This document shows positions 24,118 through 32,168 of a stretch of DNA of 34,749 nt, piece by piece (position 1 is the stretch's first letter; every line of letters begins with the position of its first letter). The notes below the pieces were generated by a model. That model was not told the DNA's origin. It was given only the letters and a program-made list of their open reading frames with translations, and did not search any database. Both the position numbers and the translations under genes were made by a program. This stretch comes from Patescibacteria group bacterium (GTDB lineage Bacteria > Patescibacteriota > Minisyncoccia > JAHISW01 > Tagabacteraceae). The stretch covers positions 1 through 34,749 of the forward strand of contig JAHJQY010000004.1 in assembly GCA_018819015.1 (NCBI GenBank). Reading direction: 5' to 3'.

Positions 24118-25353
24118 ATGACTTCTGCGGAAAAAATTGCCAAAATATTAAGGGCTGACAAGGATACCGTTATTAATATTGAAAAAGCTATGGCCGAAAT
24201 CGTCGGGCATAATAATGTTTTGGAAAAGATTGACGAAGACAATAAACGAACAATAGAAGAGAAATTGGGCATTTTGTGTCCCAAAAGCAATCATAGTTAT
24301 GATATTTATTCGGCCTTGTTGGACAAAATAGAGCAAGATGACACTCATCTTTCCGAGGCTCTTGGGAGTCCTGTTTGTAATTCGCAAGAAGGATGCGCTG
24401 GTTTGATTTCGGCTGTAAAAAAAGTCGCCGGCCATAAGAAGGGTTTTTTCCTCAAAACAGAGAAAGCCAAAGAGCTTTTTGTGGCGGAACCGCCGTTAAA
24501 TGTGGTAAAAACTCTGGGTTACAGAAACGTAAACGAGCTTTTGGAAAACGAGGATATTTTTGAAGTTTTCAGCGCCATCAGGTTTATAGAAGACGCTGAC
24601 TGGTTGAACAACGTTTTTTTCAAGCAGTATGAAAATTTGTCTCCGGACGATTTTGAAGAAAGGGAAATAGGGATGATGGTTTTAAGCCAGCGCTGGAAAG
24701 ACGTGGCGGAGAAATTTTTAAAAAAGAAATACCACAACATAAGCCACCTGAAAGAGCTTGGTTTGATTTTTATTTTACCGGCGGTTCTTGGCATCAACGG
24801 AGAAACTTTGCGCACGATTGGCCTGCTTTTGCACTATTTTAACGAAATACTTTTTTACTCCAATCTTTTTCGGAAATATGCCAAGGGCGATGATTTTTCG
24901 CAGAAACTGATAGCTTCTTTAAGGGGGGACGTTTTGGACGAAAGATTGGGTCAGAAAAAATGGATGATAGTTCAGAGATATTTAGCTAAAGATGATGAAA
25001 ATGACTGGCGGCTTCTTGAGCCCCATGTGAATCCGGAGGCGATGCATTGGAAAAAAGCGGAAAATGCCATTGGTCGGCTGGGGGGCATTGTTGACAGTGT
25101 TGATTTGAGTTTTTGGAAAGATGTTGATTGCGTCGGCGATTTTTATCAGAGCAAGGGCGGCACAGAACAGCTCGTTAGTTTTAATTTGGTTGATACGGTC
25201 ATGGCTTTGGTTAAGAGAAAAGAAATGATAAAATATCTTTATCATCATCAGGAGGCGTTATGGAACAAGATTTTTTATGGATTTGTGGGCGAGGAAAAAA
25301 TGGAACAGCTTATTATAGATAATTTTGAAAAAGGTTTTATAGAATTAACCTAA
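24118..25353 (+). CDS. Hypothetical protein (likely start ATG 24118, MTSAEKIAK)
   Basis: Long ORF with enzyme-like conserved-looking motifs (HNISHLKELG, HYFNE, EPHVNPEA, NLVD, YHHQEALWN). Confidence 0.8.
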   Translation: MTSAEKIAKILRADKDTVINIEKAMAEIVGHNNVLEKIDEDNKRTIEEKLGILCPKSNHSYDIYSALLDKIEQDDTHLSEALGSPVCNSQEGCAGLISAVKKVAGHKKGFFLKTEKAKELFVAEPPLNVVKTLGYRNVNELLENEDIFEVFSAIRFIEDADWLNNVFFKQYENLSPDDFEEREIGMMVLSQRWKDVAEKFLKKKYHNISHLKELGLIFILPAVLGINGETLRTIGLLLHYFNEILFYSNLFRKYAKGDDFSQKLIASLRGDVLDERLGQKKWMIVQRYLAKDDENDWRLLEPHVNPEAMHWKKAENAIGRLGGIVDSVDLSFWKDVDCVGDFYQSKGGTEQLVSFNLVDTVMALVKRKEMIKYLYHHQEALWNKIFYGFVGEEKMEQLIIDNFEKGFIELT

Positions 25354-25371
25354 TTATTTTAATTTATACTT

Positions 25372-26124
25372 ATGGATTTATCAAAAATTACAACTGATGG
25401 CAAGGCTATGTATTTGGCTTATGACCACGGAGTAGAACATGGGCCGGTGGATTTAATCGGCCGGAGTATTGACCCGGCCTATATTTTAGATATCGCGGTC
25501 AAGGGCGGGTACAACGCGGTTGTTTTGCAAAAGGGGGTGGCCGAGAAATATTATCAGGATTATAAAGATAAAATTTCCCTGATTGTAAAATTGAACGGCA
25601 AAAGTCGGCTAGTGGAAGGGGAGCCGTTTTCCGGCCAGGTTTGTTCGGTCAGCGAAGCGGTTGATATCGGCGCCGTGGCGGTTGGCTACACGATTTATTT
25701 AGGCAGTCAGTATGAGTCAAAAATGCTGGCGGAATTCGGCAGAATAGAGGAGGAGGCGCATAAAAAAGGATTGGCCGTATTGGCTTGGGTTTATCCGCGC
25801 GGAGGGGCCGTTAAAGACGATGCTTCTCCTGAAATAACCGCTTACGCGGCCAGAATGGCGCTGGAGATGGGCGCCGATATTGCCAAAATAAAATATTGCG
25901 GTTCCGAAGAATGTTTTAGGAAAGCGGTGGAAGCGGCCGGAAAAACAAAAGTTGTTTTGTCGGGCGGAGCAAAGACCGAGAATCCGGCTGATTTTTTGGA
26001 AGTTGTGGAAAATGTAATGAAAGCCGGAGGCATCGGCGTGGCCGTGGGAAGAAATGTCTGGCAGAGCGAAAAGCCGCTGGAGATGACAGAAAAAATTAAG
26101 AAAATAATTTTTAAATACTCATGA
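25372..26124 (+). CDS. Class I (archaeal-type, DhnA/FbaB family) fructose-bisphosphate aldolase
   Basis: LAYDHGVEHGP, VKLNGK, AVGYTIYLGS, WVYPRG, ELGAD-like EMGADIAKIKY Schiff-base Lys, SGG, GRNVWQ. Confidence 0.9.
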   Translation: MDLSKITTDGKAMYLAYDHGVEHGPVDLIGRSIDPAYILDIAVKGGYNAVVLQKGVAEKYYQDYKDKISLIVKLNGKSRLVEGEPFSGQVCSVSEAVDIGAVAVGYTIYLGSQYESKMLAEFGRIEEEAHKKGLAVLAWVYPRGGAVKDDASPEITAYAARMALEMGADIAKIKYCGSEECFRKAVEAAGKTKVVLSGGAKTENPADFLEVVENVMKAGGIGVAVGRNVWQSEKPLEMTEKIKKIIFKYS

Positions 26125-27089
26125 GAGTATATATTACACGTAAAATTCCAGAATCTGGAATTAACAAATTAAAAGAAAAGGGCTACGAAGTTGATGTTAA
26201 TCCGGAGGACAAAGTTTTGCCTAAAGAAGAATTGATAGTTGCCTTGAAGGCTAAGTCTTACGATGCGGTTTTGTGTCTTTTAACCGACAAGATTGATGAC
26301 GATGTTTTCTTGGCCGCGCCGCAGGCAAAAATTTTCGCCAATTACGCCGTTGGTTTTGATAACATTGATTTGGTCGTCGCTCAAAAACATAATAAATTAA
26401 TTAGCAATACTCCGGGAGTTTTGACTGAAACAGTGGCCGAACATACTTTTGCTTTGATGCTAGCCATAGCTCATCGTGTGGCCGAAGCGGATAAATTTAC
26501 AAAGGCAGGGCAATATAAAGGCTGGGCGCCGATGCTTTTGCTGGGTACGGATTTGTCGCATAAAACTTTGGGGATAATCGGCCTGGGGCGAATCGGTTCA
26601 AGGGTGGCTTACCACGCCAGCAGGGGTTTTGATATGAAGGTTGTTTATTATGACGTAAAAAGAAATGAAGAATTTGAAAAAGAATTTAATGCTGTTTATA
26701 AAGAAGTAGATGATCTTTTGAAAGAAGCTGATTTTGTTTCTTTGCATGTGCCTCTTTTGGAATCAACGAAACATTTGATTAACGCCGAACGATTGAAAAT
26801 GATGAAAAAGGGGGCGTATCTTGTGAACACCTCAAGGGGGCCGGTTATTGATGAAAACGCTCTTGTTGGCGCGTTAAAAGAAGGGTTAATCAAGGGCGCG
26901 GCGCTTGATGTTTTTGAGCAGGAGCCGAAATTGGCTGAGGGTTTGGCCGAACTTGATAATGTGATTTTGACGCCCCATATCGCTTCGGCTACGCAAGAAA
27001 CCCGTTCAAAAATGTCGGAAATTGCCGCCGATAACATTATCGCGGCCATGGAAGGTAGCGAGCCGCCGAATCTTGTCTTGTTAATCTAA
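26121..27089 (+). CDS. D-isomer-specific 2-hydroxyacid dehydrogenase (glyoxylate reductase / D-glycerate dehydrogenase-like)
   Basis: AVGFDNID, NTPGVLTETVAE, GIIGLGRIG, NTSRGPVIDE, LDVFEQEP, TPHIASAT. Confidence 0.93.
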   Translation: MRVYITRKIPESGINKLKEKGYEVDVNPEDKVLPKEELIVALKAKSYDAVLCLLTDKIDDDVFLAAPQAKIFANYAVGFDNIDLVVAQKHNKLISNTPGVLTETVAEHTFALMLAIAHRVAEADKFTKAGQYKGWAPMLLLGTDLSHKTLGIIGLGRIGSRVAYHASRGFDMKVVYYDVKRNEEFEKEFNAVYKEVDDLLKEADFVSLHVPLLESTKHLINAERLKMMKKGAYLVNTSRGPVIDENALVGALKEGLIKGAALDVFEQEPKLAEGLAELDNVILTPHIASATQETRSKMSEIAADNIIAAMEGSEPPNLVLLI

Positions 27090-27112
27090 ATTAATTTTGC
27101 TATTGTTTTAAA

Positions 27113-27769
27113 ATGGAAAAATTGAAACTGAAAGCTGAAAAAAGAGATATTTTTGGAAAGCCGCTTGTCAAAGCGCGGAATGCGGGCAAGATGCCGGCTG
27201 TTTTGTATGGAAGCGGCCGGGGAACAACTCCGATTTTTGTTGATTTTGCCGACTTCAAAAAAATTTGGTCAAAAGCCGGCGAGTCAGCCGTGGTTGATTT
27301 AGAATTGCATCAAAATGTTGTCCAGGTGCTTATTTATGATGTTGACAATGATCCAATAAGCCGCCAGCCTCGGCACGCCGATTTTTACGCGGCGGACATG
27401 ACAAAAGAAATTACCGCTTCTGTGCCGCTTGTTTTTATTGGTGAATCACCGGCGGTCAAGCTTGGCGGAGTGCTGGTTAAAGTTCTTTATGAAATTGAAG
27501 TGGAGGCCTTGCCAAAAGATTTGCCGCAGGAAATAAAAACGGATATATCCGTTCTTGAAAGTTTTGACGATAAAATTACGATAGGCGATCTGAAATTATC
27601 CGAAGGGGTAAAGGCGCTGCTGCCGTTTAATGAAGTAGTGGCATTGGTTGAAGAAACGAAAGAAGAGTCCTTCGACACGGCTCAGGATAAAGAACAGATA
27701 AACATGGAAAACATTGAAGTTGAGAAAAAGGGCAAAAAGCAAGAAGAAGAGGAGTCTAAAACCGAATAA
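27113..27769 (+). CDS. rplY: 50S ribosomal protein L25/Ctc (long form)
   Basis: PAVLYG, HADFY, VPLVFIGESPAVK.GG, EVEALP.DLP, acidic tail. Confidence 0.95.
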   Translation: MEKLKLKAEKRDIFGKPLVKARNAGKMPAVLYGSGRGTTPIFVDFADFKKIWSKAGESAVVDLELHQNVVQVLIYDVDNDPISRQPRHADFYAADMTKEITASVPLVFIGESPAVKLGGVLVKVLYEIEVEALPKDLPQEIKTDISVLESFDDKITIGDLKLSEGVKALLPFNEVVALVEETKEESFDTAQDKEQINMENIEVEKKGKKQEEEESKTE

Positions 27770-29073
27770 TGAATGAATTATCAAAATTTCTCACGGTATT
27801 TTTCGTCTTTTTTTTGCCGATAGGTTTTTTGCTGGCGGAAGTAATTGACCCCGGCAAGGTGCTGGAGCAGCGGGCTCAACTGGAAACGCAATTGGCTGAA
27901 ATAGAAAAGCAGATGGAAGGATATGAGAACCTCATAAAAGGCAAGCAAGTTGAAGCCACTACGTTTGAGCGAGATATTTCTATTTTGAATGCCCAGATAG
28001 ACAAAACAAAACTTGGTATTAAGGCCAGAGACATTGTTGTTGCCGAGTTGAATTCCGGCATAAAAGATTGCGCCGGCGCGATAGATAAATATGAAAAACA
28101 GATAAGCGAAGAAAAGATTTCTTTGTCGGAACTTTTGCGGAGAATGAATGAGATGGATTTTACCAATTTGGTTGAAATAGTTTTGGGGTACGAAACTTTG
28201 TCTGATTTTTTCGCGGATTTTGATTCGTTTGAATCAATACAAAAAGAAGTGCAAGCCTCGCTGTCCGAGATAAAAGACACGCAGAATAAAACGGCGGTTG
28301 AAAAATCTTCGCTTGAAGACCAGAAAACGGAACAGCTTAAATTGCGCGATATTCAAGCTCTTGAAAAGAAAAATCTTGAAAAGAAAGAAACGGAAAAGAA
28401 TAATCTCCTTAAGTCTACCAAGGGGCAGGAAGATGTTTATCAAAAAATATTGAAAGCGCGCCAAAAAGACGCCACGGCCATAAGAAGCCAGCTTTTCGTT
28501 TTGCGCGGTTCAGCCGCCATACCTTTTGAAAAGGCGGTGCAATATGCCAATTTGGCTTTTGAAAAAACCGGCGTCAGGCAAGCTTTTCTTTTGGGGGTTA
28601 TCGCTGAAGAATCAAATTTGGGAGAAAATGTCGGCACCGGCAATTGGAAAATCGATTTGGCTGATTCAAGGTGCGCGAAACAAAGAGATGCTTTTGTTGA
28701 AATTACTCTTGAGTTGGGGCTTAACCCCGATATTTTGCCGGTTTCCAAAAAAGCTTGGTACGGGTATTGCGGTGGCGCCATGGGTCCGGCCCAGTTTATG
28801 CCCACAACGTGGCTGCTTTACAAAAACAAGATATCTCAATTGACGGGCCATAACCCTCCCAGCCCATGGGATCCGCATGATGCTTTTATGGCCTCGGCGT
28901 TTCTTTTGAAAGACAATGGCGCCGCCGCCGGAGGATATACCGCCGAAAGAAGAGCGGCTTTAAGATATTTGGCGGGCGGCAATTGGAACAATCCGGCTTA
29001 CGCTTTTTACGGAGATGATGTTATGGATTTGGCGTTTAAGTACCAGGAGCAGATTGACATAATTTCGCGATAG
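27769..29073 (+). CDS. Exported coiled-coil protein with C-terminal lytic murein transglycosylase (MltB/SLT_2-like) domain
   Basis: Signal/TM helix, long heptad region, AEESNLG (putative catalytic Glu), [21 protein letters not shown]. Confidence 0.82.
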   Translation: MNELSKFLTVFFVFFLPIGFLLAEVIDPGKVLEQRAQLETQLAEIEKQMEGYENLIKGKQVEATTFERDISILNAQIDKTKLGIKARDIVVAELNSGIKDCAGAIDKYEKQISEEKISLSELLRRMNEMDFTNLVEIVLGYETLSDFFADFDSFESIQKEVQASLSEIKDTQNKTAVEKSSLEDQKTEQLKLRDIQALEKKNLEKKETEKNNLLKSTKGQEDVYQKILKARQKDATAIRSQLFVLRGSAAIPFEKAVQYANLAFEKTGVRQAFLLGVIAEESNLGENVGTGNWKIDLADSRCAKQRDAFVEITLELGLNPDILPVSKKAWYGYCGGAMGPAQFMPTTWLLYKNKISQLTGHNPPSPWDPHDAFMASAFLLKDNGAAAGGYTAERRAALRYLAGGNWNNPAYAFYGDDVMDLAFKYQEQIDIISR

Positions 29074-29797
29074 ATTCGGCAATTTTCTCAAAATCTCCTC
29101 CATTCAAAATCTTTTCTATATTGTGCCAGCTTTTTTTGAAGCGGTGGTCTGTAATGCGGTCTTGCATAAAATTATAAGTGCGGATTTTTTCCGACCGGTC
29201 TTGCGTTCCTATTTGCCCTTTTCGCAAATCGCCAATAGATTTAATTTTGGCTTCTTGGGCGGCCTGAATAAGTTTAGCCCTTAGAACGGTCATGGCCTCT
29301 TCTCTGTTTCTTTGCTGGCTTCTTTCACTTTCACTTTTGACAACCAGGCCGGTGGGTTTATGCGTAATGCGAACGGATGTTTCAACTTTGTTGACATTTT
29401 GGCCGCCTTTTCCTCCCGCGCGCGCGAATCCTATTTCAATATCTTCCGGGCGGATTTCAATGTCTCCTCCTTCATTTTCATACAGCGGCAAAATTGAAAC
29501 CGAGGCTGTGGAAGTATGAATGCGCCCGGATTTTTCCGTGGCCGGTATTCTTTGCACGCGATGGACTCCGGATTCGTGCCGGAGTTTTTTGTAGGCCTCG
29601 TTGTTTTTTATTTTAAAAACCACCTCTTTTATTCCTCCGAGGTCGTCTTTTGACTGGCTGATTAGTTTTGTCGGCCAATTTTGCGATTCCGCGTATCTGG
29701 AATACATTTTATAAAGACTGTCGGCAAAAAGCGCGGCTTCTTTGCCCCCGGCTCCGGCGCGGATTTCCATGATAATTCCTTTTGATTCCGTTTCCAT
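29036..29797 (-). CDS. prfA: Peptide chain release factor 1-like, lacking N-terminal domain 1
   Basis: [29 protein letters not shown] (PxT), [10 protein letters not shown] (GGQ), [14 protein letters not shown]; only 253 aa. Confidence 0.85.
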   Translation of the reverse strand: METESKGIIMEIRAGAGGKEAALFADSLYKMYSRYAESQNWPTKLISQSKDDLGGIKEVVFKIKNNEAYKKLRHESGVHRVQRIPATEKSGRIHTSTASVSILPLYENEGGDIEIRPEDIEIGFARAGGKGGQNVNKVETSVRITHKPTGLVVKSESERSQQRNREEAMTVLRAKLIQAAQEAKIKSIGDLRKGQIGTQDRSEKIRTYNFMQDRITDHRFKKSWHNIEKILNGGDFEKIAESIAKLCQSAPGT

Positions 29798-30039
29798 TAT
29801 TTTTTCTTTTTGGCGGCTTTGGCTTGCCCGCTTGTTCTGGCTAGGGCTTGCCTGCTTTTGAATTTTTCAACTCTTCCGGCCGTGTCTATGATTTTTTTCT
29901 TGCCGGTAAAAAATGGATGGCACTTGGCGCAAATTTCCACCCCTGTTTCTTTTTTGGTTGAACCGGCGGTGATTTTATTGCCGCAAACGCATTTTATAAC
30001 GGCGTTCGGATAATATGTTGGGTGGATATCTTTTTTCAT
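29797..30039 (-). CDS. rpmE: 50S ribosomal protein L31 (zinc-binding form)
   Basis: [31 protein letters not shown]. Confidence 0.97.
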   Translation of the reverse strand: MKKDIHPTYYPNAVIKCVCGNKITAGSTKKETGVEICAKCHPFFTGKKKIIDTAGRVEKFKSRQALARTSGQAKAAKKKK

Positions 30040-30090
30040 GATTTAAGATTTAACTTGCAATAAATTTTTTAATTGTTTAAACTGAATTTT

Positions 30091-30825
30091 ATGACGGTAA
30101 ATAATGATAACATACAAGAAGATTTACTGAAAGAGAGTGAAGATATGTGCAGATCAGGGGTTCATTTTGGGTATTCCCGTTCTTCAAGCCATCCAAAAAT
30201 GAAGCCTTATTTTTTTGGCGTCAAGAACAATGTAGAGATTTTTAATTTGGAAAAAATCACCCTTAAGCTCAAGGAGGCGGAAATTTTTTTGAATAATTTG
30301 GGTTCAAAAGGAGCAAAAATTTTGTTTGTGGCGACAAAACCTGAAGCGAAAGATATTGTTGAAAAGGCCGCCAAAGAATTAAACATGCCCCATGTCGTTG
30401 AGAGATGGCTGGGGGGAACGTTGACTAATTTTGGCGCGATTCAAAAAAGACTCTCTTTTTTTAAGAGTTTGCAGGCCAAAAAAGCAGCTGGAGAATTTCC
30501 AAAATATTCCAAAAAAGAAGCGGGGAGGCTTGAAAAAAAATTAGCAAAGATGGAAAGAAATTTTGGCGGATTACAGCTGTTTGCCGAAAAACCGGCGGCG
30601 GTTATAGTTGTTGATTCAAAAAAAGAAAAGTCCGCCATTGAAGAGGCCCGCAAGCTTGGAATTCCCGTGGTGGCTATTTTAAATAGTGATTGCGACCCCG
30701 CGCCGGTGGATTATCTTATCCCGGGCAGCGATACTGTTACATCAAGCATTCAATATTTTTTAGACAAATTAACCGCGGCCTATAAAGAAGGGCAGAAAAA
30801 CAAAAAAGAAAAAGAAGTGGTATAA
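30091..30825 (+). CDS. rpsB: 30S ribosomal protein S2 (start probably ATG 30091)
   Basis: GVHFG, HPKMKPY, ILFVATK, RWLGGTLTNF, GIPVVA..DCDP, VDY.IPG.D. Confidence 0.96.
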   Translation: MTVNNDNIQEDLLKESEDMCRSGVHFGYSRSSSHPKMKPYFFGVKNNVEIFNLEKITLKLKEAEIFLNNLGSKGAKILFVATKPEAKDIVEKAAKELNMPHVVERWLGGTLTNFGAIQKRLSFFKSLQAKKAAGEFPKYSKKEAGRLEKKLAKMERNFGGLQLFAEKPAAVIVVDSKKEKSAIEEARKLGIPVVAILNSDCDPAPVDYLIPGSDTVTSSIQYFLDKLTAAYKEGQKNKKEKEVV

Positions 30826-30837
30826 TACAAATTATTT

Positions 30838-31284
30838 ATGGATGCTTCTAAAGTTAAAGAATTAAGAGAAAAAACCGGCGTTTCCGTGATGCTTTGCAAA
30901 AAGGCGCTGGAGGATTCAGGCGGCGACGAAGTCGGCGCCATGGAGTGGCTAAAGAAACAGGGAGTTGAGGCCGCCGAAAAAAAATCCGGCCGCAGCACTA
31001 AGGCGGGCGTTATGGAAGCTTATATCCACAACAACGGCCAAATAGGCGTTTTGGTTGAACTTCGCAGTGAAACCGATTTCGTCGCTAAAAATCCGGATTT
31101 TAAAGAAATTGCGCATAATATCGCTTTGCATATTGCCGCTTCGTGCCCTGATGGTACGAAAGATTTGCTCGAACAGCCGTATATAAAGAACCCGGAGATT
31201 ACAATCGCCGAATATCTGAATGAATCCATACAAAGATTCGGCGAAAATATAGAAATTGCCCGTTTTGAACGTTTTGTTTTGTAG
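30838..31284 (+). CDS. tsf: Elongation factor Ts, short form (148 aa)
   Basis: VKELREKTG..M.CKKAL, ELRSETDFVA, LLEQPYIK, GENIEIARF. Confidence 0.93.
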   Translation: MDASKVKELREKTGVSVMLCKKALEDSGGDEVGAMEWLKKQGVEAAEKKSGRSTKAGVMEAYIHNNGQIGVLVELRSETDFVAKNPDFKEIAHNIALHIAASCPDGTKDLLEQPYIKNPEITIAEYLNESIQRFGENIEIARFERFVL

Positions 31285-31297
31285 CTGTAATTATATT

Positions 31298-31657
31298 ATG
31301 ACTTTTTTGGAAGTTTTAATTTTGATATTTTTTCTGTCTCTAATCGGGATTATTTGTTTGTTTGGCTGCCGCGCTTATTTTAGCAGGCATCTGGACAACA
31401 AGGAGCTTTTGAAAGAAATTTCCTCCAGTAAGCCGCTTTTTTCATTTAAAATAAATTTAAGTTTTCTTTCCGGCCTGTTTCTTGGTTTGGCAAAAAAGTC
31501 GGAATTTTTTAAAAAACATTTTTTTAATTTTAAAGATTATGTGAACGGCAAGCACCCGGTGGAAAGCAGTGGCTGCAGGGGATATTGGGATAAATTGAAT
31601 GGTTGCAATGGGGATAAAAATAAAAAAGAAGATTGCCAGGATAGCTCAGTTGGTTAG
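31298..31657 (+). CDS. Hypothetical membrane protein (likely start ATG 31298)
   Basis: N-terminal TM helix; the stop codon falls inside the broken tRNA-Thr 5' half. Confidence 0.5.
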   Translation: MTFLEVLILIFFLSLIGIICLFGCRAYFSRHLDNKELLKEISSSKPLFSFKINLSFLSGLFLGLAKKSEFFKKHFFNFKDYVNGKHPVESSGCRGYWDKLNGCNGDKNKKEDCQDSSVG

Positions 31658-31674
31658 AGCAATGGTTTTGCCCG

Positions 31675-31767
31675 CCCCGTTAGAGCTGGAGTAGCTCAGT
31701 TGGTCAGAGCAACGGTTTTGTAAACCGTAGGCCGCGAGTTCGAATCTCGCCTCCAGCTCTAACGGGG
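31675..31767. mobile_element. Inverted-repeat-bounded cassette (CCCCGTTAGA ... TCTAACGGGG) enclosing the intact tRNA-Thr
   Basis: 10-bp perfect terminal inverted repeats at 31675-31684 and 31758-31767, directly abutting the tRNA ends; mobility is inferred. Confidence 0.45.
31685..31758 (+). tRNA. tRNA-Thr(UGU)
   Basis: GCTGGAG/CTCCAGC acceptor, ACGGT-TTTGTAA-ACCGT anticodon arm, GCGAGTTCGAATCTCGC T arm; CCA not encoded. Confidence 0.95.
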
Positions 31768-31794
31768 TAAATAGGTCGTGAGTTAATTATCCAA

Positions 31795-31830
31795 CCCCAA
31801 CTGTTCGAAGTTGAACTTCGAACATTGGGG
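31795..31830. repeat. TCGAAGTT(C/G)AACTTCGA palindrome, copy 3 (intergenic)
   Basis: CCCCAA-C-TGTTCGAAGTT-G-AACTTCGAACA-TTGGGG; nearly identical to the reverse complement of the comF copy. Confidence 0.85.
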
Positions 31831-31884
31831 GGTTGTTGGGGAAAATATTTGAATGATTTTGTTTGTTGTAGTATATTAAAAATT

Positions 31885-32166
31885 ATGACAGTACGAATGA
31901 GACATACTAAATCCCATACGGGCAGAAGAAGATCGCACCACAGTTTAAAAAAGGCGGTTTTGCCCTTGTGCGCGAAATGCGGCGAGAAGAAATTTCCCCA
32001 CAGGGTCTGCAAGAATTGCGGCACTTATAAAAAGAAGTCGATTTTGGATGTTCTGAAAAAATTAACAAAAAAGGAAAGGAAGAAGAAAGAAAAAGATTTG
32101 GCGGAAAAAGAGAAAGAGCAGACAAAAGGAAAGGAGTTAAGCGCGGAGGAATTATCTAAAAAATAA
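31885..32166 (+). CDS. rpmF: 50S ribosomal protein L32 with a Lys/Glu-rich C-terminal extension (start ATG 31885)
   Basis: HTKSHTGRRRSH, CAKCG..PHRVCKNCGTY. Confidence 0.93.
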   Translation: MTVRMRHTKSHTGRRRSHHSLKKAVLPLCAKCGEKKFPHRVCKNCGTYKKKSILDVLKKLTKKERKKKEKDLAEKEKEQTKGKELSAEELSKK

Positions 32167-32168
32167 AA

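Larger units (their letters stand above)
31635..31784 (+). pseudogene. Interrupted tRNA-Thr(UGU) remnant: 5' half 31635-31670, 3' remnant 31768-31784
   Basis: GCCAGGATAGCTCAGTTGGTTAGAGCAATGGTTTTG | insert | TAAATAGGTCGTGAGTT. Confidence 0.7.

Noticed and set aside
29821-29852. GGCTTGCC direct repeat in the rpmE tail ([11 protein letters not shown])
   Set aside because: Could be a decayed mini-element, but there is no clear palindrome and no second copy in the window; L31 tails are naturally variable.
31704-32125. Minus-strand ORFs over tRNA-Thr and rpmF, and the 31825 start extension of rpmF
   Set aside because: Shadows of the tRNA and L32; the upstream extension lies in the palindrome flank and promoter.
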